Source: Candidatus Woesearchaeota archaeon (GTDB lineage: Archaea; Nanobdellota; Nanobdellia; Pacearchaeales; GW2011-AR1). From it: a DNA stretch of 64,000 nucleotides. The notes under the pieces are model-generated. The model saw only the letters and a list, made by a program, of their open reading frames with translations. It made no database searches and had not been told where the DNA came from. The stretch spans positions 12,212 through 76,211 of the forward strand of contig CAZGQV010000002.1 in assembly GCA_964527365.1 (NCBI GenBank), in the 5' to 3' direction. Every line of letters begins with the position of its first letter. Positions within the stretch are counted from its first letter, which is position 1. Both the position numbers and the translations under genes were made by a program. This document shows, piece by piece, positions 44,121-53,158 of the stretch.

Positions 44121-44936
44121 TTAAAATAACTTCTTCCAAAAACTCTTCTTCCCTAAAACTGTAAACTCAACCCTAAATCTAATCTTGTAAGGGGCAATCT
44201 CTCCAATATTTTTTGTATTAGTTATTTTGATTTTTTTCCCTGCTTTTTTTGCTTCTAATTTTATTTCTTCAATTAATTTATTTCTATCTTCCAATTTACA
44301 AAAACCATGATAATAAATTCTAGTTCCAGATTTACTTAACATAAAAGCTTCTTTCAAAAAAGTTTCTTTCAAATTAGGCCGAGTCATCATAATCAAATCA
44401 TACGTTTTTCCTTGATTATGTAAAACAAGTGCAACTTTTTTTATATCACCAGGCAACAATTGAATTTTATCTTGAACTTTATTCCGAATAATATTTTTCT
44501 GGGCATAATCATTTGCCTTTCTATTTAATTCATTAGAGTAAATTTTTGCAATCTTTGTATTTTTTGCAATTGCAATTGGAAAAGGTGCAACCCCTGCAAA
44601 CATAACAAAAACCTTATCTTTTGGTTTAACTAATTTGCATACTTCTTTTCTTTCATTGGCGAGCCTAGGAGAAAAATAAGTTTCATCCACATTAAATCTA
44701 AAAACACAACCATTTTCACGATACAAAACTTCTTTCGTTTTTTCGCCTGCTAGAACTTTTGTTTCTTGTTTTCTAAGTCGACCACTGAATTTTCCAGATT
44801 TTTCTAAAACAGTCTTAATTGCTTTGTTTTTTTTCAATATTTCATTAGCAAATTCTTTTTTATCTTTCTGTTTAGCCATATCAGAAAAATTAACAATTGC
44901 AATATTTCCTAAAACACTAAATGATCTTTGTTTCAT
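44121..44936 (-). CDS. trm5: tRNA (guanine37-N1)-methyltransferase Trm5 / Met-10+ family
   Basis: 'FRFNVDETYFSPRLANERKEV' and 'VFVMFAGVAPFPIAIAK'. Confidence 0.8.
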   Translation of the reverse strand: MKQRSFSVLGNIAIVNFSDMAKQKDKKEFANEILKKNKAIKTVLEKSGKFSGRLRKQETKVLAGEKTKEVLYRENGCVFRFNVDETYFSPRLANERKEVCKLVKPKDKVFVMFAGVAPFPIAIAKNTKIAKIYSNELNRKANDYAQKNIIRNKVQDKIQLLPGDIKKVALVLHNQGKTYDLIMMTRPNLKETFLKEAFMLSKSGTRIYYHGFCKLEDRNKLIEEIKLEAKKAGKKIKITNTKNIGEIAPYKIRFRVEFTVLGKKSFWKKLF

Positions 44937-45073
44937 AAAAATTAAATGTTAATAAGGTTTAAATTGGTTTTGAAAAATCAACTAATAAAAATAACATAAA
45001 GAATAAAAAACAAATCATTAGTTAAAAAGATTTTCCATAATTTTATAAAAATTAACTCACTAACATTAATACA

Positions 45074-45568
45074 ATGAATTCCATTAAAAGGCTCAACAAA
45101 ATAAGAAAGAAACAAATTAGAGAAACCAAAAAGAAATATAAAATTTTGCAAAAACAAGAAAGAAGGGAAGAATTGAATCAAAAAAAAGAACAAAAATTAA
45201 GGGAAAAGAAAGAAAGAAAAATAATCAAATTAGAAGAAAAAATTAATCCATTAAGGAAATTAAAAAGATTAAACTTTTCAAAAAAAGAAAAAATTGAATA
45301 TTTAGAAAAAGAAAAAGAAAGAATTTCTCAAGAATATGATACAATAATAAAAAAAATATTTGAATCTAGACAAAAAAATTACTTTTTAGAAACATCAAAA
45401 AGAAACATAACAAATCAAAAAAGGATAGACAAAATTGAAAATCAAATAAATTCAAATCTTGAAAAAAGGTACAAATATGAAAAAGAAAACACAGCAAAAG
45501 AAGGAATAATATTGGAAATTGAAAATAAATTATCTGAACTAAAAAATACTTCCTACAAAAGCTTATAA
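45074..45568 (+). CDS. Lys/Glu-rich coiled-coil protein (hypothetical)
   Basis: 164-aa low-complexity helical ORF. Confidence 0.4.
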   Translation: MNSIKRLNKIRKKQIRETKKKYKILQKQERREELNQKKEQKLREKKERKIIKLEEKINPLRKLKRLNFSKKEKIEYLEKEKERISQEYDTIIKKIFESRQKNYFLETSKRNITNQKRIDKIENQINSNLEKRYKYEKENTAKEGIILEIENKLSELKNTSYKSL

Positions 45569-45591
45569 AAACAAAATCCCTTCACAGATAT

Positions 45592-46941
45592 ATGGAAAAA
45601 AGGGGAAATCTTTTAATTATTTTCGCTAGTTTAATCTTAATTCCATTTATTTCTGCATACGGCGGATATTCAACTTTTTCAATAAAACAATTTGCAAGTG
45701 TAGAAAATATTCTTTTAGGAATATTGTTTTTGGCCATACTTTTTATTGTAAGAAAAGCAATGACAAAAATGTTTCCTCGTTCTGAGGCTGCAGCAATAAT
45801 AATTGCATTGGTCGTTTCAATAATGTCCGTATACGGATTAACAATATCAAATTTTTCACTTGAAGATTTTCTTTACTCAATTGGAATAAATGAACTCTTC
45901 ATAGCAAATGTTGGTCCTTGGATTCTTTTACTTTTTGCAGCAATAGTTTTATGGAAACTTGGACTCGGAGGACTCCTAATGGTCTTTGGGGGAATATTCA
46001 TCGTTTTGGGATTTGTTGGAATGGCAACAGATTCCCAAGTAATTTACAACTGGGAATTCGCATTAGGAATTGGGTTTGTATTATTTATTTTAGGAGTAAT
46101 AATTAGGAATAAATTGCATAAAAAAATAAGTATTCCTGGAATAAAAAGACCAAATTTAGGAAACATAAAAAACCCACTCAAAGGGGGGAGACTTGCAGTA
46201 GTAATTGGGGGAAGAAGATACCCTTATCCAACTTTTAGAAAAATACCTATGACTATTCAACCAGGAAGGGGCACTAGAATATCTGTGGAAAATATGGGTA
46301 GCAATGACCTTCTTTGGAAAATAAAAACTAAAAGTGGATTAAAAGTAGGCAAATCTAAAACAAGAGGGATAATAAAACCAAGAATGTCTGAAGAAATTCA
46401 AATCTTTTCTGATTCAAGTTCTGGAACTAAATTTTTCACAGTAAGTGCAATCGGAAGATTTGGAAAAGTTTCTCGTCAAAGAATACATATTGTTGTTAAA
46501 CCTACTTCAGTATCTCCCCCAACTACCCCTATCCCAACAAGTTCAGGGCCAACAGGTCCAACTGCAACTACACCAACAGGTCCAAAACCAAAAAGAAAAG
46601 CAATGGGGGAAGCTTCACTAGATGTAATTGTAGGTGGAAAAAGCATGGGAGGTTCAGGAAGCACAACACTTGATCTAACTAGCAGTAACACTGCTACAAT
46701 TACTGTAAAAAATGGTGGAACTGGGGGAACTCTGGGATGGAGAGCTTCTTCTAATAATGAATTATCACTCTCAAAAACTTCAGGAAAATTAGCAAAAGGA
46801 AAAATGCACACCATCACAATTAATGTGAAAAATAGAACAGGTAAAGAAAATCCCGCAGTAATAATAAATGGCCGAGGAGCTGGAAGAACTGGGGGAAGGG
46901 CAACACGGGGAAGGGTATTAGTATATTTTAAAGTTAAATAA
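45592..46941 (+). CDS. membrane protein with two beta-rich domains joined by a Pro/Thr linker (hypothetical)
   Basis: Five or so TM segments, then 'ISVENMGSNDLLWKIKT...', the linker 'PPTTPIPTSSGPTGPTATTPTGPKP', and 'ITVKNGGTGGTLGWRAS...'. Confidence 0.55.
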   Translation: MEKRGNLLIIFASLILIPFISAYGGYSTFSIKQFASVENILLGILFLAILFIVRKAMTKMFPRSEAAAIIIALVVSIMSVYGLTISNFSLEDFLYSIGINELFIANVGPWILLLFAAIVLWKLGLGGLLMVFGGIFIVLGFVGMATDSQVIYNWEFALGIGFVLFILGVIIRNKLHKKISIPGIKRPNLGNIKNPLKGGRLAVVIGGRRYPYPTFRKIPMTIQPGRGTRISVENMGSNDLLWKIKTKSGLKVGKSKTRGIIKPRMSEEIQIFSDSSSGTKFFTVSAIGRFGKVSRQRIHIVVKPTSVSPPTTPIPTSSGPTGPTATTPTGPKPKRKAMGEASLDVIVGGKSMGGSGSTTLDLTSSNTATITVKNGGTGGTLGWRASSNNELSLSKTSGKLAKGKMHTITINVKNRTGKENPAVIINGRGAGRTGGRATRGRVLVYFKVK

Positions 46942-46948
46942 TTCTAAA

Positions 46949-47971
46949 TTAATCTTGAAAAGTTCTTGTATCTTCAACTTCAAAAGGAATATTGTAATCC
47001 ACTTCGGGAACAGTAACATTATCACTCAAACCATTCAAATCCACATTAAATTTTCTATCAAAAAAACCAACCATAAAAGAATCAATTGCTTTTTTTCTAG
47101 AATTTAATTTCTTTGCTTGATGAATCCTCAAATTTGCACTTGGGACATATTTTTCAACTCTTCCTGAAATAAATTCATTAACTGCTCGACCCGCAACAGA
47201 AATTACATCTTTTCTCAAAGGAAATAAATTTTCATTAGAATCATCCATATATTTTTGATAAAATTCCTGAATTCTCTCTGTTTTTGAAATAAATTCCGAA
47301 ACTTTAGAAATTTCTTCCTTTGCCTTGTTCAACTTTTTAGAAGCAATTTTATAATCAGGTCCATTATCTTTCAAAATTTTTGATTGATATTTGATATCAT
47401 TTTTTAAAGAGTTCATTTCATTTTCTAAATTTACTCGAGCTCCCATAGATTCAACAGTTTCAATATCCTTCTTAACTTTCTTTTTATTAAATAATGAATA
47501 AAAAACATTTTTTACTTTATCCATTTTTGTTAAAGATACCCCCTTAACTAACTTATACATATTTTCAAATTCAAAATATTTTTCTTTCAACAAATTTAAT
47601 GCATCTTTACTTTCTAATAAATTTGATTCAAAATTAAAAACTTCAGTTTCAGAATCTTTTAGAATCTCTCCTAATTTACTCAAATATTTAACAGAATCTT
47701 TTTTCAATTCTTCAACCTTTTCAATCCGATATAATGCGGTATCTCTCTTATTATCAAGACCCTTATAATTTTCAGTAAACTTTGAAACATTATCTTTTGA
47801 TTTTCCAACAAAACTATCATATGCTAATTTATTTTTGGCAGTAGAACTATCAACTTTACCAGATTCACGAATAAACTCACGATATCCCTCAATTCCAAAA
47901 GTTTCTCTGGGAGTTCCAGCATCAACCATGGAACCTACCAAATTAACTATTCCGTCTAATGTTTTTCCCAT
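46949..47971 (-). CDS. helical/coiled-coil protein (hypothetical)
   Basis: 340-aa ORF. No family recognised. Confidence 0.5.
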   Translation of the reverse strand: MGKTLDGIVNLVGSMVDAGTPRETFGIEGYREFIRESGKVDSSTAKNKLAYDSFVGKSKDNVSKFTENYKGLDNKRDTALYRIEKVEELKKDSVKYLSKLGEILKDSETEVFNFESNLLESKDALNLLKEKYFEFENMYKLVKGVSLTKMDKVKNVFYSLFNKKKVKKDIETVESMGARVNLENEMNSLKNDIKYQSKILKDNGPDYKIASKKLNKAKEEISKVSEFISKTERIQEFYQKYMDDSNENLFPLRKDVISVAGRAVNEFISGRVEKYVPSANLRIHQAKKLNSRKKAIDSFMVGFFDRKFNVDLNGLSDNVTVPEVDYNIPFEVEDTRTFQD

Positions 47972-48041
47972 ATAATTATATGATTTAGAACTATTTAAAC
48001 CTTCTCATTTGTTACTCCTGATTAAAAGTAACAAAAAATAA

Positions 48042-49079
48042 CTAAAACCATTTATCCAGACTTTTTTGATTCTTAGCCTTTTTCAATTCCAGTAACTTCT
48101 CAATTTGTCTATCAATTCTATCTTCGGCAAATCCATGCCTTTCAACCAAAATTTCTTTAACTTTATCAAAATTCATTTCCGGAAATTTAATCTCAACATC
48201 ATCGACTCTTGGAGCACGAAGTAAACTGAAAACAGCTCGCCAATTAAATTGATCTTCTCCCTCCAACGATTCCATTTTCTCCTTCACAGACTCAAAGATT
48301 TCTTCAGGAGTTATAAATTCTTTAACAATTTTCAAAGCTGTTTTTTGACCAATCCTCGGAATTCCTTTGGGATTATAATCCGTTCCAACCATAATTGCAA
48401 TACAAATTAATTGATCCTGATTAATTCCAAGTTCATCAAGTAAATCCGCCAAAATAATTTTTTCAGGCATTACTTCAATATATCCAGAGTAAGTTTTCTT
48501 TTTTCTTGAAACAGTTAAATTCCGAATCAAAACAGGAGCTCCAAAAATTAATGCATCATAATCTTGTGAAACTGTTGCATAAACTCCTTCTTGACGAGAT
48601 AAATATGCTGCTTGAGCCTCTCCCTCTCCTGGTGCCTGAACAACACAAACCCCCAATGCTTCTAAAAGTTCTTTCGCTTCAACAATCATAGAATCATCCA
48701 ATCTTATTAATTGGGAACTATACCTTTTCATAACTTCCAAGTCTTCTTTCTGTTTTGCTTCTTCATATCTCTCTTTAGCAATTTCTCTTGCCTCTCCCCT
48801 CTTTTTATGGATTTTACCTTTCAATGCGGGAGGTTCACCATCAAAAACATAAACTAATTTTGCCCCTTCAACAAGTAAAGCAATGCTCCTGTAAAGAATT
48901 CCGGAAAGATGAGAAGTTATATTTCCATTTTCATCTTGCAAAGGAGTTCCATCTGCTTGTCTTACTGTTGATAAAAATTGATAAAGTGTATTAAATGCAT
49001 CAACACAAACTATTTTACCTCTCAAATCAGAAAAATCAATTTCCTTCCTTGACACAATCTCACGTATATTTAATCCCAT
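48042..49079 (-). CDS. fen: flap endonuclease 1
   Basis: 'MGLNIREI', 'VDAFNTLYQFL', 'VYVFDGEPP', 'APGEGEAQAA', 'SQDYDALIFGAP' and 'GTDYNP.GI..IG'. Confidence 0.95.
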   Translation of the reverse strand: MGLNIREIVSRKEIDFSDLRGKIVCVDAFNTLYQFLSTVRQADGTPLQDENGNITSHLSGILYRSIALLVEGAKLVYVFDGEPPALKGKIHKKRGEAREIAKERYEEAKQKEDLEVMKRYSSQLIRLDDSMIVEAKELLEALGVCVVQAPGEGEAQAAYLSRQEGVYATVSQDYDALIFGAPVLIRNLTVSRKKKTYSGYIEVMPEKIILADLLDELGINQDQLICIAIMVGTDYNPKGIPRIGQKTALKIVKEFITPEEIFESVKEKMESLEGEDQFNWRAVFSLLRAPRVDDVEIKFPEMNFDKVKEILVERHGFAEDRIDRQIEKLLELKKAKNQKSLDKWF

Positions 49080-49080
49080 T

Positions 49081-49115
49081 AAAACTTTTATTAATCACAG
49101 ATTAATAAAAGTTTT
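49081..49115. repeat. perfect 35-bp palindrome (16-bp arms, 3-nt loop) abutting the fen start codon
   Basis: aaaacttttattaatc-aca-gattaataaaagtttt. The distal arm supplies the TATA-like box about 25-33 nt upstream of the fen ATG. Confidence 0.85.
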
Positions 49116-49124
49116 CCCAGAAAT

Positions 49125-49140
49125 TTTCCTGCAGGAAAAT
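49125..49140. promoter_or_regulatory. perfect 16-bp palindrome TTTTCCTGCAGGAAAA
   Basis: Seen directly, at 46-61 nt upstream of the fen ATG. It shares the TTCCTGCAG core with 42419-42498. Confidence 0.4.
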
Positions 49141-49260
49141 AGAAGACCTAATTCAAAATAAGAAATTTTTAAGCAAAACAAGAAAATTTAACAAAAGATT
49201 TTGAACCAATCCGCTTCAAATATTGATAAATGTTTTGACATAGATTTTTATAAAAAATCA

Positions 49261-49659
49261 TTAATTCAATTTATTACAGCTAGTTTTATAAGCAGATTTG
49301 AAAACTTGGCCAATTCTCGAAGGATTATAAATCCCAATATTTTCTAAAGGAACATCAAGAATCTTTCTACCAACTTTTTTCTTCAAAGTATTATATCCAA
49401 AATTTCTTAATAATTTGATTTTTTGAGGGATACTTCTAGAAACAGCATTTGGATTCAAACGAAGCTTTTCAGTATCTGAGACAAAATTAAGATATCTAAA
49501 TAATTCAGCTGTTTTTTCGAGTATCTCAAGCTCCTTTTCTTGATAACATTTTTCAGCTAAAATCATCCCAATAGAACCATCACTATCTTCATCAGAACAA
49601 TACTCTCTACAAGCTTGTTCTAAACTTGAATATCCCAAAATCATTTGCCAATTCCCCAT
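49261..49659 (-). CDS. hypothetical protein
   Basis: 132-aa ORF. No family recognised. Confidence 0.4.
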   Translation of the reverse strand: MGNWQMILGYSSLEQACREYCSDEDSDGSIGMILAEKCYQEKELEILEKTAELFRYLNFVSDTEKLRLNPNAVSRSIPQKIKLLRNFGYNTLKKKVGRKILDVPLENIGIYNPSRIGQVFKSAYKTSCNKLN

Positions 49660-49848
49660 AAAATTATATTATTAAAATTATTATAAAGATTATTGTGAAA
49701 AATTGCGACAAAACCCCCTAAGAAAGATTCTCCTGAATAAAACTTATGTTGTTCATCCATATTATTACTACTCTATAGTACTATATAAATCTTATCATTT
49801 ATCAAAAAACCTAATTAATCTTATAAAACTATTCGACATAGTAAAACC

Positions 49849-52320
49849 ATGGAAATGGAATTCATCCCTATTGATTATGACTATTTTGACTATGAAGGTA
49901 GAAATTATGTTAAAGTTTATGGGAGAAACAAAGAATATAAAAAAATATGCATAATAGATTCTTGTCCAATTTATTTGTGGGCAATTTTAAAAGACGGAGT
50001 AACAGAAAAATTAACAAAAGAACTTGTAAAAGAAATAGAAACAATTAAATTGGACACAAAAGGAAGAAAAACAAAAGTAGAAAAAGTAGAAATTCATGAA
50101 AAAAATTTTCTTGGAAAAAAAGTCAAAGCCTTGAAAATATTTGCAACAAACCACAAAGATTTACAAGATGTTGCAAGTCAAATTGATTCTCCATTAGTTG
50201 ACAAAAGAAGGGGATACGATTTAAATTATGTAACAACATACATAATTGAAAAAAAATTATATCCTTTAACCTGGTATAAAATATTTGGAGAATTACTTCA
50301 TAATTCAAATGAATTTGGGGGAATGGATCAAATTTTAAATGTGGATTTTGTAATAAAATTAAATAGAAAAAAAATAGAAAAAAAACAAGAAAATTTTGTT
50401 CCAAAAACTTTAGCCTATGACTTAGAAACTGATTCTTTAAAACCAGAAAATGGGGAAATATTAATGTTCTCTTTAGTTGGAAAAAACTATAAAAAAGTTG
50501 TTAGTTGGAAAAAATCTAAAACAGATAACAAAAATGTTGTATTTGTTGAAAATGAAAAGGAATTATTAAAAAAATTTGTTGAACTAGTAAAAGAATATTC
50601 TCCTGATTTTTTAATAGGATATAATTCCGATCATTTTGATTTACCCTTCCTAAAAGAAAGAGCTAAAAAAAACAAAATTAAACTTCCATTAGGGATTGAT
50701 AATTCTGATCCAAAAATTTCTAGAGGAAAAACCCTTGCAGGAAAAATTTCTGGTATAACACACATTGATTTAATAAAATTCATAAGAACAGCTTACGCAC
50801 AATACATGCAATCCGAAACACTTTCTCTAAATGAAGTTTCAAAAGAATTTTTAAACGATGCCAAAAAAGATTTCAAAATAAAACATTCTTCAAAAATAGA
50901 AGAAAAGAGTTGGAAAAACTATTATGAATATAATTTGCACGATTCTGTTTTAACATTAAAATTATTTGAAAAATTTTGGCCTGATTTATTGGAATTCACA
51001 AAGATCATAAAAGAACCAACATTTGAAATTTCAAGAAACGGATTATCAAAACAAATTGAATCTTATTTATTACATAATTTGGAAAAATATAATGAAATTC
51101 CAGAAAAAAGACCAACAAATAATGAAATTGGTTTCAGACAAAATTCTGGGGGAGTAGAAGGAGCATTTGTATATGAACCAAAACCAGGATTATACAAAGA
51201 ACTTGTAATGTTTGATTTTACTTCAATGCATACCTCAATAATCATTTCGTATAATATCTCCAAAGGAACTTTAACAACAAATAAAAAAAATTCTTATGAA
51301 TCTCCAGAAATTGAAAAAGATGGGATAAAGAAAAAATATTACTTTGCCAAAGAACCAGGTTTTTTTCCACTTTTATTAAAAGAAATTTTTGAAAAAAGAA
51401 AACAATACAAAAAAGAATATAAAAAAAACCCAAATGTAATCACGAAAGCCAGAAGTAATGCTTTCAAAGTTCTTTCAGCTTCAGCACACGGATACATTGG
51501 TTTTTACGGTGCAAGATATTATTCCTTGGAATCTTCTTCGGCAATTTTAGCATTTGTAAGGCAATTTAATAAAGAAACAATAGAAAAAATAGAAAAAAAG
51601 AAGCATAAAGTAATTTATGGAGATACAGATTCTGTAGCATTCACAAGGAATGAAAGTTCAAAAAAAGAGATAAAAAAACTTCTCAAAAAATTAAATGACG
51701 ATTTGCCAGGAGTCATGCATTTAGAACTTGAAGATTTTTTCAAAAGAGGGCTTTGGGTAACAACACGTTCTGGAAAAATTGGTGCAAAGAAAAAATATGC
51801 ATTAATTTCTGAAAACGACATTATTAAAATTAGGGGATTTGAAACTGTTAGGAGAGATTGGTGCCCACTCGCAAGAAAAACCCAAGACAAAATATTAAGA
51901 TTAATTCTAATAGAAGGTAATGAAAAAAAAGCATTGGAGTATGTAAAAGAAATAATAAACAAAATTAAAACAAGAGAAATAAAAAAAGAAGAATTGATGA
52001 TAAAATCACAACTAAAAAAACCAATTGCTGAATACAAAGCAATTTCTCCAACTGTTGTTGCAGCAAAAAAAATGAAAGAAAAAGGAATTCCAGTAAATGT
52101 GGGTTCTCCCATTGAATATTACATTGCCGAATACAATGGAAAATCAAAATTAGTTAGGGATAAAATAAAATTGCCAGACGAAAAAAATAAATACAACATA
52201 GAATATTATTTAGAAAAACAAATGTTACCTTCTGTTGAAAATATTTTTCAAGTATTCAATATAAATATCAAAGAAATAACAGAAGGCAAAAAACAAGAAA
52301 AATTAGGTAAATGGTTTTGA
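49849..52320 (+). CDS. polB: family B DNA polymerase
   Basis: Exo I 'YDLETD', Exo II 'YNSDHFDLPFL', Exo III 'YNLHD', motif A 'DFTSMHTSII', motif B 'KVLSASAHGYIG', motif C 'YGDTDSV' and 'KKKYA'. Confidence 0.9.
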   Translation: MEMEFIPIDYDYFDYEGRNYVKVYGRNKEYKKICIIDSCPIYLWAILKDGVTEKLTKELVKEIETIKLDTKGRKTKVEKVEIHEKNFLGKKVKALKIFATNHKDLQDVASQIDSPLVDKRRGYDLNYVTTYIIEKKLYPLTWYKIFGELLHNSNEFGGMDQILNVDFVIKLNRKKIEKKQENFVPKTLAYDLETDSLKPENGEILMFSLVGKNYKKVVSWKKSKTDNKNVVFVENEKELLKKFVELVKEYSPDFLIGYNSDHFDLPFLKERAKKNKIKLPLGIDNSDPKISRGKTLAGKISGITHIDLIKFIRTAYAQYMQSETLSLNEVSKEFLNDAKKDFKIKHSSKIEEKSWKNYYEYNLHDSVLTLKLFEKFWPDLLEFTKIIKEPTFEISRNGLSKQIESYLLHNLEKYNEIPEKRPTNNEIGFRQNSGGVEGAFVYEPKPGLYKELVMFDFTSMHTSIIISYNISKGTLTTNKKNSYESPEIEKDGIKKKYYFAKEPGFFPLLLKEIFEKRKQYKKEYKKNPNVITKARSNAFKVLSASAHGYIGFYGARYYSLESSSAILAFVRQFNKETIEKIEKKKHKVIYGDTDSVAFTRNESSKKEIKKLLKKLNDDLPGVMHLELEDFFKRGLWVTTRSGKIGAKKKYALISENDIIKIRGFETVRRDWCPLARKTQDKILRLILIEGNEKKALEYVKEIINKIKTREIKKEELMIKSQLKKPIAEYKAISPTVVAAKKMKEKGIPVNVGSPIEYYIAEYNGKSKLVRDKIKLPDEKNKYNIEYYLEKQMLPSVENIFQVFNINIKEITEGKKQEKLGKWF

Positions 52321-52384
52321 TTGTCACCCCTTCCTAGAAACAACAAATAGTAAAACTTATAAAGTGCCACATACTATAATTAAC

Positions 52385-53119
52385 ATGACAAATAAAGCAA
52401 AATTCATGGAAAAAAACAAGGAATTCCTAGATAAATATCAATTTGTAAAAGAAAAACAAGCACAAATTGAGACAAAAGGATATCTTACAGAAATGGAAAA
52501 AATATACACTCATGAAGTTAGAGGAAAATTAATGAATTCTATCGGAGGATTTCTAGAATTATATGAAAATGAAAAAGTTGAAGAAATAGGGGATCAAGAA
52601 ATGCAAGAAATGATAGATAAAAATAAAAGTAGATTGGAAAGGGCACTTGCGTTTACACCAATTTTGGATATTCAAGACTTCTCAAAAAAAGGATTGCAAA
52701 CACAAACTCCCACAAATCTAAATGAAATTCTTCAAAGTGAAAAAGATTTTTATCAAACAGAATACGGGGCAAACATAACTTTAAATGAAACTCAAACACC
52801 CCTTTTATATCTTAATCCTGCAGCATTAAAAACGTTTATTTCAACAAACATAGGGGATGCAGTAAAATGGACTCCAAAAGGAGAAACTATTAACATTACT
52901 TCCTCACAAGAAAATGAAAGAATAAAAATTTCTATAGAAAATAAGTTTGGTTCAACTCCAATAAAAACAGATATTGGAATGGGAGAAAAAATAGGTTCAA
53001 AATATACAAAATTATTTTTAGACACAATCGGGGGGGAAATGACTAATAAAATTAATGTGTCAAATTCTCAAGACCAAGATAAAACATTCTATAAAGAATT
53101 TATATTGCCAAAAAACTAA
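52385..53119 (+). CDS. minimal soluble histidine-kinase-like protein (DHp + HATPase_c only)
   Basis: H-box 'THEVRGKLMNSIGGFLEL', N-box 'ISTNIGDAVKWTPKGETI' and G2-like 'GMGEKIGSKYTKLFLDTIGGEM'. The G1 box is degenerate ('IENKFGS'). The start is set at ATG 52385, about 28 nt after AACTTATAAAG. Confidence 0.5.
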   Translation: MTNKAKFMEKNKEFLDKYQFVKEKQAQIETKGYLTEMEKIYTHEVRGKLMNSIGGFLELYENEKVEEIGDQEMQEMIDKNKSRLERALAFTPILDIQDFSKKGLQTQTPTNLNEILQSEKDFYQTEYGANITLNETQTPLLYLNPAALKTFISTNIGDAVKWTPKGETINITSSQENERIKISIENKFGSTPIKTDIGMGEKIGSKYTKLFLDTIGGEMTNKINVSNSQDQDKTFYKEFILPKN

Positions 53120-53158
53120 CTACCCAAATATTAAAAACTCCTCCTACGCCCTATTTCT

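Noticed and set aside
43923-44129. 68-aa ORF after the HerA-like gene as a partner or effector protein
   Set aside because: Its 5' part overlaps the HerA-like coding end and its 3' end overlaps convergent trm5. Only a ~52-aa ATG-initiated version (43971) is plausible, and it has no recognisable motif. It is mentioned under the HerA finding but not called as a feature.
49703-49954. 83-aa plus-strand ORF overlapping the polB promoter and start
   Set aside because: It starts with a non-ATG codon in the intergenic region and overlaps the strongly supported polB frame. It matches no family.
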